Below, piece after piece: positions 55,266 to 64,000 of a stretch of DNA of 64,000 nucleotides; the stretch's first letter is position 1; each line of letters opens with the position of its first letter. A program made the position numbers and the translations under genes. The notes beneath the pieces were generated by a model. It was not told the origin of the DNA, did no database searches, and was given only the letters and a program-made list of their open reading frames with translations. This DNA comes from an uncultured Candidatus Entotheonella sp. (GTDB lineage: Bacteria; Tectomicrobia; Entotheonellia; Entotheonellales; Entotheonellaceae), in assembly GCA_965217185.1 (NCBI GenBank), contig OZ244252.1, positions 2,048,001 to 2,112,000 of the forward strand, written 5' to 3'.

Positions 55266-55637
55266 ATGGGAGCGACACACGTAACGGTCAGGATTACGAA
55301 CCCCGCGGAGCCAGACAGGTTTTGGGAAGGGCTCTTTCTGGTTGACACCGGAGCCACCGATTCCCTGGTGCCCAGGCCGCACCTGGAAGCCATCGGTCTT
55401 GAACCCAGAGGGCAGAGGGTATACGAACTGGCTGATGGGAGCGAACTCGTCCTGGACGTCACGGTTGCGGAAATCGAGTTCATGGGCGAGATCGTTGGCG
55501 GAACCATCATCATGGGAGCGGACGATGCGGAACCGCTGCTGGGCGTGACGGCATTGGAATCCGTCGGTATTGAGGTGGACCCGCTGAATCAGCGGTTGAA
55601 GAGACTGCCGGCCGTGCGGCTCAAAGGTTTGGCGTGA
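55266..55637 (+). CDS. clan AA (retropepsin-like) aspartic protease
   Basis: LVDTGAT, LADG, LLGVTALE. Confidence 0.88.
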   Translation: MGATHVTVRITNPAEPDRFWEGLFLVDTGATDSLVPRPHLEAIGLEPRGQRVYELADGSELVLDVTVAEIEFMGEIVGGTIIMGADDAEPLLGVTALESVGIEVDPLNQRLKRLPAVRLKGLA

Positions 55638-56887
55638 CGACAAGGGAAACCATCCGTCTTACGGACCTGTGCGACCTGATTGCAGACCCGGTAAGGCCCG
55701 GCACACTGCCGGAAGCGCTCTATCTGGGACTTGAGCACCTAGCCTCGGGGCGACTCGTCCCCATCGGTGGCGGGTTGTCTTCAAACGTGCGAAGCACGAC
55801 CTCGGCCTTCCAACCCGGCGACGTCCTGTACGGCAAGCTCCGCCCTTACTTGAACAAGGCCGTCCTGGCTAAGGAGGCGGGCGTCTGCACGACGGAGTTG
55901 CTGGTGCTCCGGCCCAAAGAGGACGTGGACCCGAGGTTCCTTGCCGCAGTCGTCCATTCGCCACGCTTTGTCAAATATACCATCGCGGGTACGACAGGTG
56001 TCCAACACCCTCGGACGTCATGGGCGCACGCATGTGGATTTGAGGTGCCTGCATTCACGTTCGATGAACAACAACGGATTGCCGACATCCTTTGGCTTGT
56101 ACATGGGGCAATCGGACTATCAGAGGCATTGGTTGAAGAAGGCCAAGCCCTGAAACGCGCTGCGATGCGAACGCTGTTCACGCGCGGCCTGCGGGGTGAG
56201 GCACAGAAGGAAACGGAGATTGGCAGGGTGCCGGCGAGTTGGACGGTTGGACATCTAGGCCAGTTCGCTGACGTGATCTCGAGTAGGATGACCTATGCGG
56301 AATTGGAAAGCATAGAGCAGTCCGTTATCCATGACCCGGTAAAGGTTCTCGGGATTAAGGTCGCTGATATGAACCTGCCCGGCAACGAGGTTGAATTGAA
56401 GACCGCTGTCCTCGACAGGATTGTAGATAAGAGAACCGTCGAGTATCGCTGCGCACCACCTCACACGATCATCTTTCCCAAACGGGGAGCCGCGATTGCA
56501 ACGAACAAGAAACGGATATCGGCTGAGTGGACCGCTTTCGACCCTAATGTGATAGGGGTCGTTGCAAGAAACCGTATTGACCAAGATTTTCTGTTTCAAT
56601 GGTTCCAGATGTTTGACCTTCGGGCGATCACGGAGCTTGGCCCCACACCGCAACTCAACAAGAAGGATTTGTTACCGATCAACATTCCGGTTCCGTCATC
56701 CCTTGACGAACAACGTGAAATTGTCGCCATCCTTGACGCCATCGACCGCAAGATCGACCTGCACCGCCGCAAGCGTGCGGTGCTCGACGACCTATTCAAG
56801 GCGCTGCTACATAAGCTGATGACAGGCGAAATTCGAGTCGCCGACCTTGACCTTTCAGAGACAACGCACACACCTTGGAGCAATTGA
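55634..56887 (+). CDS. hsdS: type I RM specificity subunit
   Basis: Two TRDs with DEQQRIA/DEQREIV conserved helices; KETEIGRVP.SW; LLHKLMTGEIR. Confidence 0.92.
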   Translation: MTTRETIRLTDLCDLIADPVRPGTLPEALYLGLEHLASGRLVPIGGGLSSNVRSTTSAFQPGDVLYGKLRPYLNKAVLAKEAGVCTTELLVLRPKEDVDPRFLAAVVHSPRFVKYTIAGTTGVQHPRTSWAHACGFEVPAFTFDEQQRIADILWLVHGAIGLSEALVEEGQALKRAAMRTLFTRGLRGEAQKETEIGRVPASWTVGHLGQFADVISSRMTYAELESIEQSVIHDPVKVLGIKVADMNLPGNEVELKTAVLDRIVDKRTVEYRCAPPHTIIFPKRGAAIATNKKRISAEWTAFDPNVIGVVARNRIDQDFLFQWFQMFDLRAITELGPTPQLNKKDLLPINIPVPSSLDEQREIVAILDAIDRKIDLHRRKRAVLDDLFKALLHKLMTGEIRVADLDLSETTHTPWSN

Positions 56888-56894
56888 ACACCCT

Positions 56895-58073
56895 ATGGAG
56901 GCGACAACACGTCCCTTATTCGCTCTCTATGTTGTCTGGCATCCCTCGAATGCGAGCGGTGCCGAAGTAGCAGAACTCCTTCGCAGGCATTTTGGTCACG
57001 ACCGCCATCGAAACGTTGCCGGGAATCCTGGGGTGAGTGTCCTCTACCGTAGTGAAATCGTACCTGCCGGTATTGCGCCGCTGGCCATCGACTGGGAGGA
57101 AGCAGAAACCACCGCAGTCGTCGTGCTGGTGGACTCGGCGCTTGCCGGCGACGAGGGATGGTCGAATTATGTCCGTGAACTATCCCGGAACGCACGGACG
57201 AGAGGGCGCCTGCTCGCCCGCCTTTTTCCCGTGGTGATGGATTCCGGCGGTCGTGAACTCCAGCTTGAGGAGCAGGCGTTGCGCCGGGACCGCTGGGAGG
57301 GATCGAGTGCGGAGAAGGGACAGCGCCTCGTCAGCGAACTCACCTATGAATTCAGCCGGATGCTGCGGCATCGTCTTGATCTACGCCGCCGACCCGAAAT
57401 AGCAGAGGCGCCTTTTCCGGAATACTTGAACAAGTTCCAGGTATTTATCAGTCATTCGAAGCATGACGACGACGGCGAATCTGTCGCACGAAGTAGCCGT
57501 GACTGGCTGCACGAGAACACTGCCTTGTCCAGCTTTTTCGATGTCTACGACATCCCCGCCGGGTTGTCCTTCCGCGAGGTTATACCGCATCAGGTCGAAA
57601 CCAGTGCCGTCGTGGTGTTGCACACGGATTCCTATTCATCCCGCGAGTGGTGCCGTCGAGAAGTCATCGAGGCCAAACGCCGCCATGTTCCAATGATCGT
57701 CGTCGATTGTCTGCGCGAAATTGATCAGCGTAGCATTCCATACATGGGCAACGTACCGGTCGTCAGGATGAGCCCGGATCAGCGAGACCGGATTGGCATC
57801 TTCACCGGACACCTGCTTGACGAAGTATTCCGAACCTATCTGTGGCGCTGCCGCGTTGCGCCATTTCGTGAGGCGTATCCCAGCGTGTTGTTCACGGCCC
57901 GGCCGCCTGAGCTAATCTCGCTGGCGACGCTGCCCGTTCAGCAGAGCGAGGCCGGCTCGGCGATCGCGTACCCTGAGCCGCTCTTGGGCACAGACGAGGC
58001 GCGGCTATTCTCAGAAATTGCGCCTGAGGTGCCTGTACTGACGCTGACCGAGTGGATGGAGGAAAACCAATGA
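56895..58073 (+). CDS. TIR domain protein
   Basis: VFISHSKHD, FFDVYDI, YSSREWCRREV (putative catalytic Glu). Confidence 0.85.
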   Translation: MEATTRPLFALYVVWHPSNASGAEVAELLRRHFGHDRHRNVAGNPGVSVLYRSEIVPAGIAPLAIDWEEAETTAVVVLVDSALAGDEGWSNYVRELSRNARTRGRLLARLFPVVMDSGGRELQLEEQALRRDRWEGSSAEKGQRLVSELTYEFSRMLRHRLDLRRRPEIAEAPFPEYLNKFQVFISHSKHDDDGESVARSSRDWLHENTALSSFFDVYDIPAGLSFREVIPHQVETSAVVVLHTDSYSSREWCRREVIEAKRRHVPMIVVDCLREIDQRSIPYMGNVPVVRMSPDQRDRIGIFTGHLLDEVFRTYLWRCRVAPFREAYPSVLFTARPPELISLATLPVQQSEAGSAIAYPEPLLGTDEARLFSEIAPEVPVLTLTEWMEENQ

Positions 58074-58900
58074 GGGTTCAGAACACCGAGGCGACATCGA
58101 GTGTAGCCATTTCGATATCTGAAAGCCCCGACATGGCCGTACTCGGATTGAGCGATGAGCATCTGCAAGATGCGATGGCCGAACTTGCATTGGCTCTACT
58201 CTCTTCAGGAACGAGTCTGGCATACGGGGGCGACCTGCGCGCGCACGGCTTTACCGAGTTGCTGTTTGAACTGCTCATGCGATATCAGGGCCACCCGCAC
58301 CACAGTGGCAAGATTAGTGTGACCGATTACTTGGCGTGGCCCGTGCACATTCGGATGACGGCGGGTGACCTGGCCGCGTTCTCGTCCGGGCACGAAGGGG
58401 CTGTGCGCCTCGTCTTTCTTGCACGGGATGGCAGTCGATTGGAGCAGGAACAACGATTGAAACTCCCGTCGCATGAACCGGATGATGACGAGTGGGCCGA
58501 AGGGCTAACCAGGATGCGGGTCGTCATGCGACAGGAAACCCAGGCGCGCATCGTGCTTGGCGGCAGGGTGGCGGGCTACAAGGGACGTATGCCGGGCATC
58601 GCCGAGGAAACGCTTTTGTCCCTTCAGGCGCATCAGCCGGTATTTTTGCTCGGCGGCTTCGGGGGCTGCACCCGCGACATCGCGGAGACTATCGGGCTTG
58701 TAGAGCGATGGGCTGGTTCACGTGGGGAGGCCTGGAGCGGCCGCCCGCGCTTTAAGCATTACTCACCAGGGGACCTGCACAACGGGCTATCGGACGAGGC
58801 CAATGCCGTTCTCGCCCGCACGCCGCATATCGACCAAGCCGTGGTTTTGGTCATGGGCGGTCTGAACCAATTGCGCAGAGATACAGGGAAAACGGACTAA
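58070..58900 (+). CDS. SLOG-family (TIR-associated cluster) protein
   Basis: ISISES, LAYGGDLR..GFT, LTRMR, RIVLGG, PGIAEE, LGGFGG; ATGA overlap with the TIR gene. Confidence 0.8.
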   Translation: MRVQNTEATSSVAISISESPDMAVLGLSDEHLQDAMAELALALLSSGTSLAYGGDLRAHGFTELLFELLMRYQGHPHHSGKISVTDYLAWPVHIRMTAGDLAAFSSGHEGAVRLVFLARDGSRLEQEQRLKLPSHEPDDDEWAEGLTRMRVVMRQETQARIVLGGRVAGYKGRMPGIAEETLLSLQAHQPVFLLGGFGGCTRDIAETIGLVERWAGSRGEAWSGRPRFKHYSPGDLHNGLSDEANAVLARTPHIDQAVVLVMGGLNQLRRDTGKTD

Positions 58901-58955
58901 GATCGAGGAAAAAGGAGAATCAGAGCCATGGCAGATGAAACACGAAATGTCTTTA

Positions 58956-60195
58956 GGGCATCTCGAAAAATGCCTCGTGGATAGTCATAGATGGCGAGAG
59001 TGGCAATTCGCTGGCATGTCGGTGAGAAAATGAACTCGGCTGTCCAGGGGGACTGCCTCCCTGCAAGGAGGATTCGCCTTCCAATGAGGGCCTCCGGTGC
59101 ACCCTTCCGCACCGTTGGCGCTCAACTGGCGCTCGCAAGGCGTTGTAATTGAATCAGGCGACGCATGTTGTAGGCAAGGTTCTTAAGACCTATCCGCGCC
59201 CTCGCGCCCGTACGAGCCCGATGCTGCGAACCAACGTCCCGCCCATGTCGTTTTGCTGCGCCCCGAAGACATGCTCTACCCGTACCCGAAACCGTGAACG
59301 ACTCTGGTTGCCCGCCTTCTCCCAATCACGCAACGGACGGTTGCGATAGCCCTTGCGATGAATCCGACTCCTCAAACCCCTGGCCTTCAGCGTCGCTTCA
59401 ATGGCTTTCGACCGCTAGGCGCTGTCCGCCCAGACACCGCTTGCCGTGTTGTCCGACGTAAGCAACTCCTCAATCACTTGGCTGTCGTGCACCGCCGCAT
59501 CCGTCACCCGGTAACGCCGTATCAGCTTGTGCCGACGGTCGATGGTGACGTGATTCTTGTAGCCATAGTGGCTCTTGCCGTGCTTCTTCGTCCAGCGCGC
59601 ATCCCTGTCCTTTTGTCGACGCTTGGCTGGCTTGTCAGCCCAGGCCTCAGGTGTCTCACCCCGTTTGATCTGCTCATTGTCGTCACGACGATTGCGTTGC
59701 ATGGGAACCGCGACAATCGAAGCATCGATGATCTGGCCACCCATCGCCTGGTAGCCCTGGCTTTTCAGGTAGCCGTCGAAATCCTCGAACAAGGCATCGA
59801 TGAGGCCGGCCTGTGACAACTGTTCGCGGTAGAGCCACACCGTCTTGGCATCGGGCACCTTGTCTTCGAGTGTCAAGCCCAAGAAGCGCACAAAGGAGGG
59901 CGCACAAAATGATGGCCTTGAACATGACGATGGCATCCCACGGCTTGCACCCCGCATTGGACTTGCGCTTGTCGGCTGGCTTGCGCCAGACTCTCTCCAG
60001 GCGGCTGCGGAACGCTTCCCACGGAACGGCAGCGTTGACCTTCACCAGGGGATCGTTTTTGGCGTCCAGAGCGGCGTAGCGATTCTCGATATCGAAAAAG
60101 CCCATCTGAGCCATGTTGCACTCCTCCGGCCTTGTTGGTTGACGTGTTTCAGTGATTCTAAACCACGTGGGAGATGGGTATTATTAGAGATGCCC
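58956..60195 (-). mobile_element. IS5-family element, 1240 bp, TTTA target duplication
   Basis: TIRs gggcatctc/gagatgccc; ttta at 58952-58955 and 60196-60199. Confidence 0.92.
59122..60114 (-). pseudogene. degenerate IS5 transposase
   Basis: MAQMGFFD..., PDAKT, IIDASIV, GYKNH, VHDSQ, RVRVEHVF; frameshift/deletion near 59900, premature TAG at 59415-59417, frameshift near 59200. Confidence 0.9.
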
Positions 60196-60655
60196 TTTAT
60201 AAGTCATATCCATGAGAATGATGATGGTCTCATCAAGTTAAAGAATCTGCTCAAGGAAAACGGAATGACAGCCCGTGACTATTCGATCAGTGCAGATAAT
60301 CCCAATAACGCGCATTCGGAGGACTACATCAAGTTTCAGATCCTTGCTCCGCGCATTCAACAATCAGGTACCTTGGTTGTTTATGTTTCTCCAGAAACTA
60401 AAGACAGCCAGTGGGTAAATTGGGAAATTGAATACGCGCAAAAGCAGGGCAAACGTATAGTGGGAGTTTGGGCACACGGCGAAGCCGGCTGCGAAGTCCC
60501 CGATGCGTTGGACAAATATGCTGACGCTGTGGTGGGTTGGATAGGAAATCGTATCGTCGATGCGATAAATGGCGAAATCAACGATTGGGAAAATCCAGAT
60601 GGAACAAAATGCGCACCGCGCGTTATCCATCGCTTTAGCTGTCGGTAAGGAGGCA

Positions 60656-61272
60656 TTGTTGAGACTCTTTTCCTATGTTGTAGCGCGAGACTATGGATTT
60701 GCGCCGAATCCATTTTACGGAATATGCAGCTTGGCCACCTGCAAGCCCGGAATTCGAAAGGCGGGGAGCGTTGGCGATTGGGTCGTTGGTACTGGAAGCA
60801 AGAAAAATAAACGGGGTGGATATCTCGTTTTCGCCATGCGCATAACAGAAACGGCGACATTCAACGACTATTGGCAAGACCAACGATTCCAATGCAAAAA
60901 GCCGAACCTGCGAGGAAGCAAGAAGCAGGCATTTGGCGACAACATCTATTTCAGGGGGGGGGGTTGTCAGGTCAGTGGCAGCAGCGTGACTCTCATCACA
61001 GTTACCGGAATGGTGTGCCAAATCAGCACAATATAAGAACTGATACTCAAGTAGACAGAGTTCTGCTGAGCGGGGAATACTCGTATTGGGGCGGTGCGGG
61101 GCCGAAAATTCCTGCAGAATTTAGAGACTGCGAGGGTCTCGACATTTGTTGTGGCTATCAGAACTACAAAAACAAATTCCCGGTGAGACTGGTCAGAGAA
61201 TTCGTTTCTTGGCTCATGTGTCTGGAACGTGGCTACTTGGGTTCGCCTTTGGACTGGTCACGGACACCCTGA
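60656..61272 (+). CDS. Nmad2 (nucleotide-modification-associated domain 2) protein, frameshifted at a G10 tract
   Basis: SYVVARDYGFAPNPF...LATCKP.IR...GDWVVG...GDNIY, continuing QRDSHH...VLLS..Y.YWG in another frame; AGGAGG RBS + TTG. Confidence 0.8.
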
Positions 61273-61323
61273 AACGGAGTCAGTCCCAACAATTAAGCCA
61301 ATCCTGAGAATGGAGAGAATCTG

Positions 61324-62439
61324 ATGCTTCTAAGCGATTATGCCCGGCAGGTAAAGTGCACCGATAGGTTGTCCTCTAACGATTTACAGCCGGTCCTCAT
61401 GGGCCTGTTTGGGGAGGTCGGTAGCATCATGGCAACCGCGAAGAAGCATCTGCGTGAGAAAAGCGCCTATGCAGGATACCGTCGGGCAGTGGAAGAGGAA
61501 TTCGGCGATGCACTTTGGTATTTCAACGCTCTATGCCAGCGACTTGGTGTCAGTATACAAGAGGTTCTGTCGGACGCTGTGAAGCAAGGCGGATACGATG
61601 AGAGTGTTGTCGCGAGCCACCTGCCAGACGGACCCATTGCTCATGTTTCATCGGCCAATTCACTACCGGCTGACAATCAGAACCTCATGAATCTTGGGAT
61701 AGCCGCTGCCGCGCTCCTTCATATCAAGGATAAGGAATCGACCGGCGAGACACGCGACTTGCTACGCGTCTTTGCGGACCGCTACTTGCAAGCTTTGCAG
61801 GCATCGACAATCGACTTTGCCAACGTTGTTCGCATGAACATTGACAAGACACGCGGGCGTTTTCTTCATACGGACCCCGAACATTTGCCAACGTTCGACA
61901 GTGAGTTCCCGGAAGAAGAGAGGCTTCCCCTATGCTTCGAAATCAGATTTAAGAAACGTAACAGCGGGAAGTGCCATCTCCAATGGAAAGGGGTATTTAT
62001 CGGCGATCCGCTGACAGACAACATCAGTAACCCAGATGGCTATCGATTTCACGATGTGTTTCATTTTGCCTATGCGGCAATTCTCCATTGGTCTCCTGTT
62101 TTCCGAGCGTTAATAAAGCAGAAGCGCAAGAGCGACCCGAAAGTCGATGAGGAGCAGGATGGCGGCCGCGCGATTGTTGTTGAGGAAGGGCTCACCGCTT
62201 GGATATTTGCACGTGCTAAAGACCTTGATTTATTTGCAGGGCAAGAAACCGTTTCCTTCGGTCTGCTAAAGGTCGTCCAGGAATTTGTGCAAGGCTACGA
62301 AGTAGAACGATGTCCCTTGAAGCTGTGGGAGCGAGCCATCCTGGATGGGTACGAAGCTTTCAGGCAGCTTCGTAAACACGAGGGTGGGGTCGTTGTGGGA
62401 AACCGTGAGGCGCGTACTATTGAGTACAAGGAAGAATGA
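61324..62439 (+). CDS. MazG-like nucleotide pyrophosphohydrolase with MazG_C domain
   Basis: GLFGEVGS...EEFGDALWY; IGDPLTDN..DGYRFHDVFH...DGGRAIVVEEG. Confidence 0.85.
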   Translation: MLLSDYARQVKCTDRLSSNDLQPVLMGLFGEVGSIMATAKKHLREKSAYAGYRRAVEEEFGDALWYFNALCQRLGVSIQEVLSDAVKQGGYDESVVASHLPDGPIAHVSSANSLPADNQNLMNLGIAAAALLHIKDKESTGETRDLLRVFADRYLQALQASTIDFANVVRMNIDKTRGRFLHTDPEHLPTFDSEFPEEERLPLCFEIRFKKRNSGKCHLQWKGVFIGDPLTDNISNPDGYRFHDVFHFAYAAILHWSPVFRALIKQKRKSDPKVDEEQDGGRAIVVEEGLTAWIFARAKDLDLFAGQETVSFGLLKVVQEFVQGYEVERCPLKLWERAILDGYEAFRQLRKHEGGVVVGNREARTIEYKEE

Positions 62440-62829
62440 TGCGTAATCGAGAATTCATGAAATGACGGTAAGAGCAATCGTCCACCGAAAGCTCAATTTC
62501 GCATTTGCTACCACGCTTGACGCATGGACTGAACCTCTGCCGCCCACATGCCAAACGGTTGCCTTTGGCACCGGCAATACAAAACCGCTGCGCCCACAAA
62601 ACACCAATACACATTGTGCACTATGCTTCGTTTCACCTCGGGATGTTAAGGGATCTCCGAAGTTGAGCCATCTCACGTCTAGGTATCTAACCGGTTACCG
62701 TAACATCAAGATTCAACTCAAACGCCTCATGAGACAACGCGAGAGCCTGTTTCCAGCCGTCCCACGAGGTAATGGGCCATGTTGACGCATACGCACTGGC
62801 ATCCAATACAGGTTGAGAGGTAGCGGCGC

Positions 62830-63570
62830 ATGAGACTAAATCAATTTGTAGAGGAATTAACCGGGCTGAACTTCAAGAATGTGTTTAATCCATACGCTGA
62901 TCGTTGCATCGTGCACGATCTTGATGACGCGCCCAGGCGTCGGCGTGATTCATTGCGTTCCATACTGGCGGCGGCAAGGGAACGGGGTGTTGAGTCTATG
63001 TGGATTGGACGCGACCTTGGGTTCCGGGGCGGAAGGAGGACCGGTCTTGCTTTTACAGACGACGCAACTATTGGGACACATGGTGAACGCTGGGCCGTAT
63101 CGATAGAACGGCCGACGAGGGGCGAGGTCATGCACGAACGGAGTGCCGGCACCATTTGGAACGTTCTCTCCCAAATCAAGGAGCCAGTCTTTCTGTGGAA
63201 CGTGTTTCCACTGCATCCCCATGACGCGGACATGCCTTTCAGCAATCGATCACATAGCTCCCTGGAGCGCCAAGCGGGAGAGGAGATACTGCGTCAACTA
63301 ATACGGCTTCTATCGCCATGCCGTTTGGTTGCCATTGGCAACGACGCCGCCCGTTCGGCCCGTCGATTGGGTCACAAACAGCAAGTGGTCCAGGTACGAC
63401 ACCCTAGTTACGGTGGGAAAAAGCAATTCACAGCACAAATCGATGTTCTTTATCAACTTCGGTTCCAGGGTCAGTTGAACTCGTCATTTGGTGTCGAGCA
63501 GCGTCAACTGTTCTCACGTTTGCGAGGAGATGGGCAACGGCCTGTTCGATCTGATCGCGGGTCAACTTGA
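62830..63570 (+). CDS. uracil-DNA glycosylase superfamily protein
   Basis: VFNPY, GRDLGFRGGRRTG.AFTD, WNVFPLHPH, NR, RHPSYGG. Confidence 0.85.
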   Translation: MRLNQFVEELTGLNFKNVFNPYADRCIVHDLDDAPRRRRDSLRSILAAARERGVESMWIGRDLGFRGGRRTGLAFTDDATIGTHGERWAVSIERPTRGEVMHERSAGTIWNVLSQIKEPVFLWNVFPLHPHDADMPFSNRSHSSLERQAGEEILRQLIRLLSPCRLVAIGNDAARSARRLGHKQQVVQVRHPSYGGKKQFTAQIDVLYQLRFQGQLNSSFGVEQRQLFSRLRGDGQRPVRSDRGST

Positions 63571-63991
63571 CGGCATACGCATTGACTGTCTGGTGGTCGA
63601 AAAACCCGGAGTCGGTTCGGCGCTACAAAAGGCAGTACGCTTCTACCCGGAGATTCTGGGACGCTTCCTGAAGTTCGTTCTACCCAGAGAACTGGACGCG
63701 GATACCGGCGAGGTCATTGTCATCACCGACACCATTCCGGTGAACAAGAAACGGCGAGCTATCGAAAGGGGCGTGCGGACTGCATTGCGCGGTACACTGC
63801 CGCCGGGGATGAAATATCGCATCCTGCACCATCAATCGCGTTCCCACTACGGACTGCAAGTGGCGGATTATTGCTGCTGGGCGATTTTTCAGAAATGGCA
63901 GACAGGGGAGAGCACTTGGTATGACCGCATCAAGCCGGCAATACGCCGTGAGCTTGACCTTTTCCATACCCAGTCAACGTACTACTACTGA
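63488..63991 (+). CDS. DUF3800-like protein, probably lacking its N-terminus
   Basis: GLQVADYCCWAI C-terminal motif; no N-terminal DESG motif visible. Confidence 0.6.
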   Translation: MVSSSVNCSHVCEEMGNGLFDLIAGQLDGIRIDCLVVEKPGVGSALQKAVRFYPEILGRFLKFVLPRELDADTGEVIVITDTIPVNKKRRAIERGVRTALRGTLPPGMKYRILHHQSRSHYGLQVADYCCWAIFQKWQTGESTWYDRIKPAIRRELDLFHTQSTYYY

Positions 63992-64000
63992 ATGAGCGGC

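Larger units (their letters stand above)
58928..60648 (+). pseudogene. ThsB-like TIR protein (DUF1863/MTH538 type) interrupted by IS5
   Basis: Removing the IS and one TTTA restores MADETRNVFISHIHENDD...SQWVNWEIEYA...RIVGV. Confidence 0.88.

Noticed and set aside
53305..55278. 657-aa minus-strand ORF
   Set aside because: Antisense to hsdM.
59415..59417. In-frame TAG in the IS5 transposase as possible recoding
   Set aside because: Replaces the expected Tyr of DSAY in a gene with other lesions; ordinary decay.
59845..60189. N-terminal part of the 267-aa ORF 59845-60648
   Set aside because: Lies within the IS5 (antisense to the transposase); the native N-terminus is at 58928.
62440..62829. Short ORFs between the MazG-like and UDG genes
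   Set aside because: No recognisable motif or convincing start; left unannotated.

Overview
GC-rich bacterial chromosomal window; the gene repertoire is loosely reminiscent of sponge-associated Tectomicrobia-like bacteria, but this is only an impression. It contains housekeeping/metabolic genes (CoA-transferase, aroC, trans-sulfuration enzyme, acyl-CoA synthetase, hpt, HAD, penicillin acylase, acetamidase), two defence islands, two IS elements and several palindromic repeat families. Island 1 (2.7-14.9 kb) encodes a frameshifted SNF2 helicase-DUF3883, a DUF1156 adenine methyltransferase, an AlbA_2/Schlafen-like ATPase and a HEPN-DUF499 ATPase. The methyltransferase carries a complete REP-associated HUH/Y1 tyrosine transposase (RAYT) inserted in frame between 49-bp inverted repeats, plus further translated REP copies. 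Island 2 (53.4-64 kb) encodes HTH-HsdM, an aspartic protease and HsdS, followed by a TIR / SLOG / TIR (split by IS5) / Nmad2 / MazG-like / UDG cassette. Three genes broken in the ORF track are selenoproteins (UGSC-family, GrdB-like, GrdA), each with a SECIS-like hairpin after the in-frame TGA; two of them lie in an atypical grdB-grdE-grdC-grdA reductase cluster lacking grdD. A c-type cytochrome with 23 Cys in NPC repeats lies upstream of a Cox11-like gene. No rRNA, tRNA or CRISPR array was recognised. All family assignments come from motif recognition by eye, not from database searches.
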